A stretch of DNA of 64,000 nucleotides from NCBI GenBank assembly GCA_965215605.1, contig OZ244070.1:3232001-3296000 (forward strand), read 5' to 3'. Positions 1-10,294 of this stretch are shown here, piece after piece. The notes beneath the pieces were generated by a model. It saw only the letters and a program-made list of their open reading frames with translations, was not told the origin of the DNA and did not search any database. The translations under genes and the position numbers were made by a program. Numbering within the stretch: the first letter of the stretch is position 1; each line of letters starts with the position of its first letter. This stretch comes from an uncultured Candidatus Binatia bacterium (GTDB lineage Bacteria > Desulfobacterota > Binatia > UBA9968 > JAJDTQ01).

Positions 1-917
1 CGCTCGACATCGCCATCAGGGAGACCGCTGACCGGCCCACGATGCGCATGAACGACCAGGACTTCGGCGCCTGGAGCCCGGGCGAGACGATGCTCGCCGA
101 CCGCTCCGGCCTGCCGCTGGACTGGCTGACCATTGACGACGACGGCGAATCGTTCGCGACGCTCCGGGCGTTGCCGGAGGCGGAGAAGCAGGCGCTTTTC
201 GCGGCCTCGGTGGCGCGCACGGTCAAGGGCCAGTTGGCCTTCGAGCCCCAGGCGCGTCCCGAGCTGGAAGCCACCGTCGCCCGGCTCGACATCGACTTCG
301 CAGGCGAGGTGCGCCCGAGCGCGGACATGCTGTGGTCGCGCATCAACAAGGGGCGCATCCTCGACATCGCCAGGGAGACCTTGGGACCGGCATGGGTCTC
401 GGCGCGGGCCAAGAACAAGAAGGCCGCGTTGGCCAAGGCGATGGAAGAGGCCTTCGCAGCCGGCAGCCCTCCGCTCGGGATCACGGCCGACGCACACGCG
501 GCCGCGCTTGCCTGGACGCCGCCCGGCTTCGCGGCGTTCGACGCGGGCCGCGCGGGCGTCGAGGATGCCGGGGCGGAGACGGCAGCGCCCGCCGAGGCGC
601 CGGATTCCGCGGCCAATCCTGAACCGTCGCCGGAACCGGAAGACGCCGGCATCGAACAGGTGGAACCGGAGAGCGCCGACGCACCCGTCGGTCCGCCACA
701 GCCGGTCTCCGCGGCCGAGAGCATCGAGACCACGGGGGCGGCCGTCGCCGCCAACGGCAACGGCGGCGCTGCGTCCGCGGGTGACGAGGCCGATCCCACG
801 GCCGTCGAGCCTGCCGGCACGCCGACACCCCCAGAGATCACAAGCCATGCCGACAGGGTCAACGGCTACGACCACGGCGACGGGGCCGACATCCCCGAGT
901 TCCTGCGCCGCGTCTGA
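1..917 (+). CDS. ParB/RepB/Spo0J-family partition protein, C-terminal part (5' end outside window)
   Basis: Frame is open from the window edge (LDIAIRETADRPTMRMND...) and closely matches the C-terminal half of the ParB-domain ORF at 31868; acidic, Pro-rich tail ending DIPEFLRRV. Confidence 0.85.
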   Translation, partial: LDIAIRETADRPTMRMNDQDFGAWSPGETMLADRSGLPLDWLTIDDDGESFATLRALPEAEKQALFAASVARTVKGQLAFEPQARPELEATVARLDIDFAGEVRPSADMLWSRINKGRILDIARETLGPAWVSARAKNKKAALAKAMEEAFAAGSPPLGITADAHAAALAWTPPGFAAFDAGRAGVEDAGAETAAPAEAPDSAANPEPSPEPEDAGIEQVEPESADAPVGPPQPVSAAESIETTGAAVAANGNGGAASAGDEADPTAVEPAGTPTPPEITSHADRVNGYDHGDGADIPEFLRRV

Positions 918-932
918 CCCGCCCTCCGGCCC

Positions 933-978
933 GGAAGCGCCCCGCCCCGCACACCGCCGGGCGGGGCGCTTCCGTTTT
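933..978 (+). terminator. Intrinsic terminator-like hairpin
   Basis: GGAAGCGCCCCGCCC...GGGCGGGGCGCTTCC followed by GTTTT, just after the ParB stop. Confidence 0.55.
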
Positions 979-1002
979 CCCATCCAACCATGGAGGCCCC
1001 GC

Positions 1003-2748
1003 ATGACACGCACCGCCAATCCGCCCGCCGCGACCATTCGCGCCCGGGTCCACGACAGCGCACTGGAGCGCGTAACGAGGTTCTTTGCATCCACGCTCTA
1101 CGAAATTTTCGTCGAGACCCTGCAGAACGCCCGCCGGGCCGGCGCCGCCCGCGTCCGCGTCACTGTGGGCACAGCCGTCGGCCAGCCCGCCGACTGCGGG
1201 ACGGAGCCGTCCGAAGCGCGCCTGACCGTAACCGTCACCGACGACGGCGCCGGCATCGAGGATCCCGCCGTCCTGCTGAGCTTCGGCGAGAACGGCTGGA
1301 ACAACGACCTGGTGGCCCGCGAGGACGCCGCCGGAATGGGAATCCTGAGCCTCGCCCACCGCGGCTGCCGGATCACCTCCCGGCCACGTACGCCGGACGG
1401 TCATATCGGGCATGGCTGGTCCGTGGACCTCTTGCCTGAACATTTCACCGGCCACAGCGACGCCCAGGTCCTGTACGACGACAACGCGCCGTATCCATCC
1501 GGCGCCGCCGTGCAGTTCCAGGCCACGGTGTCCGCGGACATGATCCGCTCCGCGATCGCCAGTGCGGCGCGCCACTACCCGCTGCCGGTCACCTTCGAAG
1601 GCGAGACGCTTGAACGCCGGGCCTTCCTCGACGGCGCCGTCCACGCCGAGAGCTGGAACGGGCTCACCTTCGGCGTCTACCGGGACCGCAGTCGCGGCTA
1701 CCTCGAGCCCGACCTCAACTTCTTCGGGCTGACGGTTGCCGTCCGCCTGCCCACGGTCGAGACCGTCCACCGCGGCATCTGGTCCGTCCGCGCCGACGTC
1801 GTGGACTGCCCCGGCCTGGAACTGCAATTGCCCGCGCGCAGGGAAGCCGTCGAGAACGCGTTTCTAGCCGACATGCGCGAGGCGGCGCGCCTGGCGATCT
1901 ACCGCGCCATGGCCGCCGATCCCGAGCCGCGTCCCGCCTTTGTCGACTGGACGCGGGCGCGCGACGCCGGGATCGAGCTTGCGCCGCCGCCGGCGGTCCT
2001 CCGGCCCTGGCGGCCCGGCATCGCCGACGTAGACGACTGGCGGGAACCGCCCAAGCCCGCGCCGGCCGCCCCCGACGCGCTGGTCATGGCCTGCGATCCC
2101 GAGCCGCCAGAGGCACAGGCGCTGTGGCGCGCCGCGGAGCGCACCGCCATGGCCGAGAGGCTCTTCGAGGCCGACAGGCGCCTCGAAGGCTACGGCTGGT
2201 ACGACCGGCTCGACCGCGTCACGGGCATCGACACCGAGGTCACCGGCGGCGACGGCAAGACGTGGCCGCTCCACGGGTATCCCGCGCCCGAGCGGACGGG
2301 AGCCGCCGCCCCGCTGGCGGCCCGTCCTGACGCGATCCGCATGTCGATTGCAATTGAAACCGCCGGTGGCTCCGGCCACACGCTCGACCTCCCCGCCGAT
2401 CTGGCGTTCGCTGGCGAGGCCTGGGACTGGGTCTGCAACGCGCTGCCGCTGGTCACCGCGGACAGCACCCTGGAACCGCGCCGGCTCGCGGAGCTGCTGC
2501 GCCTGAGCTTCTTCTCGGCCTCCGACGATGCGGACGCCGACAGCCGCGAGACCCAGGCCGTGCGGTTCGACGAAGAGGCGCTCCACATCGCCACCAGGCT
2601 CCTGTGCAGCGAGGATTCGGCGCTGGAACTCTCCATCGCCGAGACCGTCCGGCGCGAGCTCTTCTGGCTCGTTCCCAACAACCGCAAGGTGGAGATCTCC
2701 ATCACCCGCCCGGACATCCGGGTCACCCTGGGCGATCCCGCCGAATAG
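1003..2748 (+). CDS. GHKL (HATPase_c)-type ATP-binding protein
   Basis: GGAGG RBS before ATG 1003; Bergerat-fold motifs ETLQNARRAGA, VTDDGAGI and AAGMGILSL. Confidence 0.8.
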   Translation: MTRTANPPAATIRARVHDSALERVTRFFASTLYEIFVETLQNARRAGAARVRVTVGTAVGQPADCGTEPSEARLTVTVTDDGAGIEDPAVLLSFGENGWNNDLVAREDAAGMGILSLAHRGCRITSRPRTPDGHIGHGWSVDLLPEHFTGHSDAQVLYDDNAPYPSGAAVQFQATVSADMIRSAIASAARHYPLPVTFEGETLERRAFLDGAVHAESWNGLTFGVYRDRSRGYLEPDLNFFGLTVAVRLPTVETVHRGIWSVRADVVDCPGLELQLPARREAVENAFLADMREAARLAIYRAMAADPEPRPAFVDWTRARDAGIELAPPPAVLRPWRPGIADVDDWREPPKPAPAAPDALVMACDPEPPEAQALWRAAERTAMAERLFEADRRLEGYGWYDRLDRVTGIDTEVTGGDGKTWPLHGYPAPERTGAAAPLAARPDAIRMSIAIETAGGSGHTLDLPADLAFAGEAWDWVCNALPLVTADSTLEPRRLAELLRLSFFSASDDADADSRETQAVRFDEEALHIATRLLCSEDSALELSIAETVRRELFWLVPNNRKVEISITRPDIRVTLGDPAE

Positions 2749-3063
2749 TGTCAGGGGAACATCCGGGGTTCCGCGGCGGCCGGACGAGACTGCAAGTGCC
2801 GGTCAACTAGCCGTCGGAGCCGCCGCGGTCGGGGCCGTCCTTCACCGCATCCGGCAGATGCGCCATGCCGGGGATCAGCGCGAGAAGTGCGACGATGCCC
2901 GGCATGCGGAATCCATGACCGCGCTCCGGGCGCTGGTCCAGGGGCTCGAACGCCAGGGAGAAGCGCTCCAGCACCAGGGAGGAGCGCTGGAAAAGCAGGG
3001 GGCCGTGCTCGAGCGGCCCTGAAGGCCCGGACCTGGCGCCCGGCGCCGGAAAGGACGGGCGCC

Positions 3064-3336
3064 GTGCAGGAAATCATCATCACCGCCAGGGCGCTCGACA
3101 TCCGGCCATGCGAGGAATGCGGGGACACACGGCCGGCGTTCGAGCTTCAGATCAATGACCGCGGGGACCTCGCCACCTGGAACGTCTGCGAGGACTGCCT
3201 GCGCTCCGAAGCGGCCGCGAACCTGGGAGCCTGGGCCGCGGACAACAGCCAGGTGAGACAACCAATGGCCGCCGCAATCGAGCCGTCCAGCGCCGGGGCC
3301 GTCGCCGGCAAGCTCGCCGCCGCAAGGCAACCATAG
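3064..3336 (+). CDS. Small hypothetical protein with two CxxC motifs (possible Zn-binding)
   Basis: GTG start after AAGGA; CEEC ... CEDC; GC3-rich codons. Confidence 0.45.
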   Translation: MQEIIITARALDIRPCEECGDTRPAFELQINDRGDLATWNVCEDCLRSEAAANLGAWAADNSQVRQPMAAAIEPSSAGAVAGKLAAARQP

Positions 3337-3956
3337 CCCGCCCTCGAACATTTCCATCCGCGCATGCGATTTCGTTCCGACGACTGATCCAACGGAGGCG
3401 CACCCGCGGTGCGGCGATCCGGCCCGACCGGGAGCGACGCGCCACCCTGGGGCGCCCCGGGCGATCGCCCCAGGAACACAACCTGAGCCGGACGGCCGCC
3501 CGCATTCCACGCCTCTCCTGCAGGACTGCCCGCGCGCCGCCCGGAGCCGAGCCCGGCTGTTTCCGGTCGCAGGGCGTCCGGGACGCGGGAGCGGCCGTTC
3601 CGCTCCCCGACATTCATCCCGCCCGCAAGGAGACCGCCCATGGGACTTCTCGCGCCCGAGATGCGCCGGAAGCCGCCCCCGAACGCCCGGAGCCCTGACA
3701 ACGATCGCACACATGTCGTCAAGTTTTAGACCCCGCCGGGCCCTTCCGCCCAAGCATCCCCATCCCCTGCGCGCCTCGCCCCGGCCACCCGGCCAGGGCG
3801 GGGCGCTTTCATTTTCAGCCACATGGAGGTTGCCAATGCCCGCGGCCGCGGCCCCGGCGCCGGGATGCGATTCCCCGGCACTCATTTTGCACTGCCTGAT
3901 CCCGTGACGGGGCCAGAGGCCGGATCGGATGAGCCCGGCCGGGAAGAGAGGACGCC

Positions 3957-4538
3957 ATGGAAGTACGGAACCCGATGGAAGCACTGATCGGAGCGAACGG
4001 GACAGCGAGGATCGCCGGCCTCTCCCTGCTTGGCCTCGATTCGATGACGGTCCGGGAACTGCGGCGCCACGGCCTCACCGCGGCGCAGGCCGGGAGGGTC
4101 AAGGCGGCGTTCGAACTGGGCCGGCAACTGCTCGAAGCCGAATCCTGCGTGCACGAGAACGCTCCGATGGTCAGCAGTCCCGAGGAGGCCTACCGCTACA
4201 TGCGGCCGCGGTACGTGAACGAATACCGCGAACACTTCGATGTCTTGTTGATGACCAACCGGAACAGGCTGATTCGCCGCCATCGGGTTTCCACGGGCAG
4301 CCTTACGGCGTCCGTCGTTCATCCCAGGGAGGTCTTCAACCCGGTCATCCGCGAGTCCGCAGCCGGGGTCATCTTCACCCATAACCACCCCTCGGGCGAT
4401 CCATCGCCTTCGCGCGAGGACGTGGACATCACCCATCGGCTCCGGCAGGTGGCCGAGGTGCTGGGAGTCCGGGTCCACGACCACGTCGTCTGCGGGCACG
4501 ACCGCTTCTTCAGTTTCAACAGGGAGGGCCTCCTATGA
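3957..4538 (+). CDS. radC: RadC-like JAB/MPN domain protein
   Basis: VHPREVF, HNHPSGDPSPSREDVDIT and VHDHVV motifs. Confidence 0.92.
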   Translation: MEVRNPMEALIGANGTARIAGLSLLGLDSMTVRELRRHGLTAAQAGRVKAAFELGRQLLEAESCVHENAPMVSSPEEAYRYMRPRYVNEYREHFDVLLMTNRNRLIRRHRVSTGSLTASVVHPREVFNPVIRESAAGVIFTHNHPSGDPSPSREDVDITHRLRQVAEVLGVRVHDHVVCGHDRFFSFNREGLL

Positions 4539-4855
4539 TGCGTCGACGTTCCACCGGCCCGCCGCCGGCCATGCATCCCATGGACCCGCGCCGCGGCCGG
4601 GACCTCTCGCCGATGTTCTCGGCGTTCCTTTGCTGGCTCCTGAGTATCGAGCCCATGACCAGCCGGGCCATCACCGGCGTCGCCGTTTCCGGCAACGCTG
4701 TGCTGGCCGCGACCGACCAAAACCCGCTGTTCGACCAGCATCTCGGATCGCTGGACGATTTCGAGACGAACATCCGCGGCTGGGGCCAAGCCTGCGGCGC
4801 CGATGCCGGCGTCGTGGAAAGCCTCGTCGCCCGGATGCGGAGGGCGGACCGATGA
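4535..4855 (+). CDS. Hypothetical protein
   Basis: ATGA overlap with the radC stop and with the next ORF; coding-like codon usage. Confidence 0.55.
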   Translation: MMRRRSTGPPPAMHPMDPRRGRDLSPMFSAFLCWLLSIEPMTSRAITGVAVSGNAVLAATDQNPLFDQHLGSLDDFETNIRGWGQACGADAGVVESLVARMRRADR

Positions 4856-5139
4856 GCTTCTTCGACCTCCCCGAAGGCTACGACCGCCATGCGGCCGCCC
4901 TCGCCATCGTCGATCCCGGCGCGTCCAACCCGTCCGGCGTCGCACTCGCCATTCACCAGGCATGCACGCAGGTCATCGGCGAGGGCGGCAATCAGAGCGA
5001 AGACGCCGCGGTCCGCCTCATGACGACGCAACTGGCGTTCCTCGTCCAGGGCGATTCCGATCTCGACTTCGACGAATACCGCCGGCTGATGGACGACTGC
5101 CGCGCCCGCGCGTCCGAACGGCGGAACGCCCGGAACTAG
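4852..5139 (+). CDS. Hypothetical protein
   Basis: GGAGG RBS, ATGA overlap with the upstream ORF; MSFFDLPEGYDRHAAAL... Confidence 0.6.
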   Translation: MSFFDLPEGYDRHAAALAIVDPGASNPSGVALAIHQACTQVIGEGGNQSEDAAVRLMTTQLAFLVQGDSDLDFDEYRRLMDDCRARASERRNARN

Positions 5140-5291
5140 GGATCGCCGATCCCGCGTGATCCCCCGCACGTCTGCTCCCCGCCGCGAGGAGGCCGGGCAG
5201 CCGGTCCGGGGCAGGCCGCAGGCGCCGTGCGGGAGGATTCGTTCCGCACCGCGCCCCGGTACTTTCACGCACTTCCAGGAGGGAGAGATCC

Positions 5292-8200
5292 ATGCTCGAC
5301 GCCCACACGGCGGCGGACGCGTCCGCGCGCCTTCCCGTTCCCCACGCCCTTCCTTCCGTCCCCGCCGCCCCGGGCTCCGAGCCTTCCGCACATGACGCGC
5401 TGTTCACCGCCGCCACAACCCTCCTGCCGGTCCTGGAGGCCGGCCGGCCGCTCGACGCCGCCACCCTGCGGGACGCCATGACACGCGCCTTCGGCGTCGG
5501 CGATGCCGAGGGCGCATGGGTCTGGAAGGACGCCTACGAGGCCGCCGAGGCCGCGGCCGTGCTGTTCATCCGCCGCCACGGCCGGGCCATGCGCCGCCAC
5601 GCCGGGGCCGGTCCGGACGGACCCTCCGTCATGCTCAGGATGCTGGAGGCTGTCGCCGCGCTTGAGCCGTCCCACACGAAGCGCTCGGAAGAGCAGGTCC
5701 GCCTCCAGCAGTTCTCGACGCCCCTGCCGCTGGCCTACGCGGCACTCCAGGCCGCTGCGGTCCGGCCGGGCGACGTCGTGCTGGAGCCGTCCGCGGGCAC
5801 CGGCATACTGGCGGTCATGGCGGAATGCGCGCTCGGGAGCCGCGCCGCCGGGAACCTGCATCTGAACGAGATCGCGGACGTCCGCCGGGCGCTTCTGTGC
5901 CGCCTGTTCCCCGAAACCCTGGTCACCGGCGTGAACGCCGAGAACGCCGCCGACCGCCTGCCGGGCGCCCGGCCCACCGTTGTCATCATGAACCCGCCGT
6001 TCTCGGCCACGCCGGGCGTCCACAGCATCCGCCACGACGCCGACCTCCGGCATGTGCGTTCCGCCTTCTCCATGCTGCCGCCGGGCGGCCGGCTCGTGGC
6101 CGTCACGTCCGCCAACTGCGTTCCCGGCGATTCCGGTTGGAACGGCGCCTTCGGCCGCCTCGATCCGCCCGCCCGCGTCGCGTTCACCATGGCCGTCGAC
6201 GGCCGCGTCTACGCGCGCCGGGGCACGGGCTTCGACACAAGGCTCACCGTGCTCGACCGCACGGGCCGGCCCGGCATCGACGTCGATCCCCACGCCCGCG
6301 CCGCCACTGCCGCGGAGATGCTCGACGCCGTCATCGCCCGGGTTCCGCCCCGCCTGCCCGTGGAACTCCGCGCCGCCCAGGCCACGCAGGGCCGGGACCT
6401 CTTCGGCAACGCGGCCGCGCCGCAGCCGTCCAAGCGAACGGCCACGTCGAAGCCTGCGGCATCCGAACCGGCCCATGACTGGGGAACCGTGTCCGAGCTG
6501 AGCGTCGAGACCGGCCCGGCGGATGCCGGCACGGACCCAGGCAGCGCCACCTCCGGACCCTACGAACCCTGGAGGGCGGGCGCCGCCCGGATTCCGGGCA
6601 CTGTCGTGCATCCAACGCCGCTCGTGCAGTCCGCGGCAATGGCGGCCGTCCCGCATCCGGCCCCGTCCTACCGCCCCATGCTGCCGGAACGCGTCGTTGC
6701 GGACGGCCTCCTGTCGGACGCCCAGCTCGAAAGCGTCGTCCTGGCGGGCCAGGCCCACCAGGGCCATCTCGCGGCAAGCTGCCGGATCGGTTCCGGCTGG
6801 GAGACCGTCCTGCGCTGCGGCGAGAAGGACCAGAGCGGCGTCACCATGACCGACGAAGGCGAGACACTGTCGGCGCCGATCCGCTTCCGCCGGGGCTGGA
6901 TGCTGGGAGACGGCACGGGCTGCGGCAAGGGGCGTCAGGTGGCGGCCGTCATCCTCGACGGTTGGCTCCGCGGACGGAAACGGGCGCTGTGGCTAAGCCA
7001 GTCCGACAAGCTCCTGGAGGACGCACGCCGGGACTGGACCGCGCTGGGCGGGGGCGAGGACGACCTGATCCCGCTCGCAGACTTCCGCCAGGGCCAGGAG
7101 ATCCCGCGCTCCACCGGTATTCTTTTCGCCACCTACGCCACGCTGCGCTCGCCGTCCCGCCAGGGCCGCGCTTCGCGGCTCGACCAGATCATCGGCTGGC
7201 TCGCCGGAGGCCTCGACGAGGACGCCCGCCATGCCTTCGACGGCGCCGTCGTCTTCGACGAGGCCCACGCCATGGCCAACGCCGCGGGAGGGAAGGGCGC
7301 CCGCGGCGACGTGAAGCCGTCGGCCCAGGGGCGCGCCGGGTTGCGGCTCCAGAACGCGCTGCCCGACGCGCGGATCGCCTACGTCTCGGCCACCGGCGCC
7401 ACCACCGTGCAGGGACTTGCCTACGCCAGCCGTCTCGGGCTCTGGGGCGCGGCCGAGACGCCGTTCGAGAGCCGAAGCGATTTCGTCTCCGCTATGGAAG
7501 CCGGCGGGGTCGCCGCCATGGAGGTGGTCGCCAGGGACCTGAAGGCCCTGGGTCTCTACCAGGCCCGCGCGCTGGCCTATGACGGCGTCGAGGTGGACAT
7601 CCTGGTGCACGAGCTCTCGCCGGAGCAGCGGCGCATCTACGACGCCTATGCCGGGGCGTTCAAGATCATCCACGCCAACATCGAGGACGCGCTCGAGGCT
7701 ACGGGCATCATGCAGGGAAAAGCCACCCTCAACAGGAACGCCAAGTCGGCGGCGCTGAGCGCTTTCGAGGGCGCCAAGCAACGCTTCTTCGGGCATCTTC
7801 TGACAGCCATGAAGTGCCCGTCGCTGATCCGCGCGATCGAGGCCGATCTCGACGCCGGCCGGTCCTCCGTCATCCAGCTCGTTTCCACCGGCGAGGCCTT
7901 GATGGAACGCCGTATCGCCGAGATACCGGCCTCGGAGTGGGACGACCTGGGCATCGACCTGACGCCGCGCGAGGCCGTCCTCGACTTCCTCGCCCACGCA
8001 TTTCCCGTGCAGCTGCAGGAACCCTACACGGACGGCGACGGGAACCTCATGAGCCGCCCCGCCACGGACGCCGAGGGCCGGCCGGTCCTGTGCCGGGAGG
8101 CGCTTGCGCAGCGCGACGCGCTGATCGAGAAGCTCGCGTCCCTGCCGCCGGTGCCCTCGGCCCTCGACCAGGTAGTCCAGCACTTCGGCCACGAGGCCGT

Positions 8201-9770
8201 GGCGGAAGTGACGGGCCGGTCCCGCCGCGTGCTCAGGATTACGGATGGAAACAGCGAGCGCCTGGCGCTCCGCGGCCGGCCCGTCTCCGCCAACCTCTCC
8301 GAGACCGCGGCGTTCATGGAAGGAACCAAGCGCATCCTGGTCTTCTCCATGGCCGGGGGCACCGGGCGGAGCTACCACGCCGACCTCTCGTTCGCCAACA
8401 CCCAGCGCCGGGTGCACTACCTGCTGGAGCCCGGCTGGCGCGCCGACCAGGCGATCCAGGGGCTGGGCCGCACCCACCGGACGCACCAGGCCTCGGCGCC
8501 CCTCTTCCGGCCGGTGACCACGGACGTGAAGGGCGAGCGCAGGTTCATCGCCACCATCGCGCGGCGCCTCGACAGCCTGGGCGCGATCACCCGCGGCCAG
8601 CGCGACTCCCAGACCGCCATGGGCGGCTCGGACGCAACGCTCTTCCGCGAGAGCGACAACCTCGAAAGCGTCTACGCCAGGGCGGCCCTGAGGCGGTTCT
8701 ACCTGGCGCTCTCTTGCGGCAACATCCCGGACTGGCCCCTGGGGCGCTTCGAGGACGCCACCGGGCTGAAGCTCACCTGGGCAGGCTCGCTCAAGGAGGA
8801 CCTGCCGCCCATGCCGCGCTTCCTGAACAGGCTCCTGGCCCTGCCCATCGACGAACAGAACGAACTCTTCGCGAAACTCGAAGACCGCATCGCCGCGGGC
8901 ATCGAGCAGGCCATGGAGGCCGGAACCTACGAGGTCGGCGTCGAGACCGTGCGCGCCGATTCCCTGTCCGTTGCCGGCCGGGAGACGCTGTACGAGCATC
9001 CAGGCGCCGGAGCGGCCACCGAACTGGTCGAGATCCTGCGCCGCGACAGGCTGGAACCGACGTCCGCGGACGAGGCCGTCGGTATCGGCACGCAGACGGA
9101 CGGCGGTCCGGTCCTTATGGTCAACGACAGGTCGGACCGCGCAGCGGTCGTGCTTCCGGCGCCGTCCCGCATGTTCGACGACGGCGGCGTGCAGGAGCGC
9201 GTCCGGCTGCTGCGTCCCGCCGTTCGGGATTCCATGACCAGAGCCGAACTCGACGCCTCGAACTGGCGTAGGGCCGCCGAACCCGAGTGGCGCAGGCTCT
9301 GGGACCACGAGATCACGGGCCTCCCGTCCCACCGCGAATCCCGGTTCTGGCTCGCGGCGGGGCTTCTGCTGCCGGTCTGGGACCGCCTGCCCTCCGAAAA
9401 CATGCGGGTGCGGCGTCTCAGGACCGACGACGGCGAGGCGCTGATCGGACGCGTGCTCGACGCCGGACAGGTCCGCGCGGTGCGAACCGCCTTCGGCCTT
9501 GCGGGCGGTATCGCCATGACCGGCGCCGAGGCCTTCGAGGAGGTCATGGGACGGGGCACGGCGCTCGCCCTCGCCAACGGCTGGCGCCTCGCGCGCCGCC
9601 GCATCATGGGCGCCGACCGGATCGAGATCGAGGGACCCACGGATTCCGACACCGGGGTCCTGAAGCGCATGGGCTGCACGGTCGAGATCATCTCCTGGCG
9701 CACCCGCGTCTTCGCCTCCGGCCCCGATCTCCTCGAACGCGTCATCCAACGCTGGCCGCTCGTTGCCTGA
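5292..9770 (+). CDS. Strawberry-notch family SF2 NTPase/helicase with N-terminal DNA methyltransferase domain
   Basis: MTase motifs VLEPSAGTG and MNPPFS; Walker A GDGTGCGKGRQ; FDEAH; SATGAT; helicase-C AGGTGRSYHA and QGLGRTHRT. Confidence 0.92.
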   Translation: MLDAHTAADASARLPVPHALPSVPAAPGSEPSAHDALFTAATTLLPVLEAGRPLDAATLRDAMTRAFGVGDAEGAWVWKDAYEAAEAAAVLFIRRHGRAMRRHAGAGPDGPSVMLRMLEAVAALEPSHTKRSEEQVRLQQFSTPLPLAYAALQAAAVRPGDVVLEPSAGTGILAVMAECALGSRAAGNLHLNEIADVRRALLCRLFPETLVTGVNAENAADRLPGARPTVVIMNPPFSATPGVHSIRHDADLRHVRSAFSMLPPGGRLVAVTSANCVPGDSGWNGAFGRLDPPARVAFTMAVDGRVYARRGTGFDTRLTVLDRTGRPGIDVDPHARAATAAEMLDAVIARVPPRLPVELRAAQATQGRDLFGNAAAPQPSKRTATSKPAASEPAHDWGTVSELSVETGPADAGTDPGSATSGPYEPWRAGAARIPGTVVHPTPLVQSAAMAAVPHPAPSYRPMLPERVVADGLLSDAQLESVVLAGQAHQGHLAASCRIGSGWETVLRCGEKDQSGVTMTDEGETLSAPIRFRRGWMLGDGTGCGKGRQVAAVILDGWLRGRKRALWLSQSDKLLEDARRDWTALGGGEDDLIPLADFRQGQEIPRSTGILFATYATLRSPSRQGRASRLDQIIGWLAGGLDEDARHAFDGAVVFDEAHAMANAAGGKGARGDVKPSAQGRAGLRLQNALPDARIAYVSATGATTVQGLAYASRLGLWGAAETPFESRSDFVSAMEAGGVAAMEVVARDLKALGLYQARALAYDGVEVDILVHELSPEQRRIYDAYAGAFKIIHANIEDALEATGIMQGKATLNRNAKSAALSAFEGAKQRFFGHLLTAMKCPSLIRAIEADLDAGRSSVIQLVSTGEALMERRIAEIPASEWDDLGIDLTPREAVLDFLAHAFPVQLQEPYTDGDGNLMSRPATDAEGRPVLCREALAQRDALIEKLASLPPVPSALDQVVQHFGHEAVAEVTGRSRRVLRITDGNSERLALRGRPVSANLSETAAFMEGTKRILVFSMAGGTGRSYHADLSFANTQRRVHYLLEPGWRADQAIQGLGRTHRTHQASAPLFRPVTTDVKGERRFIATIARRLDSLGAITRGQRDSQTAMGGSDATLFRESDNLESVYARAALRRFYLALSCGNIPDWPLGRFEDATGLKLTWAGSLKEDLPPMPRFLNRLLALPIDEQNELFAKLEDRIAAGIEQAMEAGTYEVGVETVRADSLSVAGRETLYEHPGAGAATELVEILRRDRLEPTSADEAVGIGTQTDGGPVLMVNDRSDRAAVVLPAPSRMFDDGGVQERVRLLRPAVRDSMTRAELDASNWRRAAEPEWRRLWDHEITGLPSHRESRFWLAAGLLLPVWDRLPSENMRVRRLRTDDGEALIGRVLDAGQVRAVRTAFGLAGGIAMTGAEAFEEVMGRGTALALANGWRLARRRIMGADRIEIEGPTDSDTGVLKRMGCTVEIISWRTRVFASGPDLLERVIQRWPLVA

Positions 9771-9914
9771 GCCCGTCGCGTCATCCGTATGGCCGGCCCG
9801 CCGTCCGCAATGCGGGAGGGAGCCGGCCGCCGTCCACGCCCGCTGTCAACTCGTCGGCGTACGTACCGCCGGCCGGCCGCCGGCGGGTTTCACCAACTGA
9901 AGGGGAACATTGCC

Positions 9915-10229
9915 ATGACTGCACAGAACCTGCCCGACGACCCGAACTACGCGTTCTGCCCAAGCTACGACCTGGGCGACGACCCGCAGCAGATCCGCAT
10001 CGTTTTCGAGGGCCTGCAAGGCTACGTGCCGACCGCTCTCGTCGCCTTGACGGTCGACGATGCCGAGCGGTTGTGCGACCGCCTGAACGCCAGGCTCGGA
10101 CATTCAAGAGAAGACTGGACTGCGCTCGCCGCCCGCTCCATGCGCACCGAGGCCCCGGAGAGCGGCCACGAATCCCGGACTGAACCGGACGCGCGCCGGC
10201 GGCTCAACCGGAACGGCAGGACGTGCTAG
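9915..10229 (+). CDS. Hypothetical protein
   Basis: AAGGGG RBS; MTAQNLPDDPNYAFCPSY...; good codon usage. Confidence 0.55.
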   Translation: MTAQNLPDDPNYAFCPSYDLGDDPQQIRIVFEGLQGYVPTALVALTVDDAERLCDRLNARLGHSREDWTALAARSMRTEAPESGHESRTEPDARRRLNRNGRTC

Positions 10230-10294
10230 ACAGGACCTCGGCGGCAACCCCGAGGACATCCTGTTCCTGCCGCCGTCTGCACGAAGGAGGCGCA

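Noticed and set aside
133-1002. N-terminal extension of the 871-aa ORF
   Set aside because: Overlaps the ParB CDS and its terminator; the real start is ATG 1003 with a GGAGG RBS.
6993-9749. 918-aa minus-strand ORF and similar long antisense ORFs (e.g. 31679-33790, 39157-40827, 40683-43274)
   Set aside because: Shadow frames of well-supported genes in high-GC DNA.
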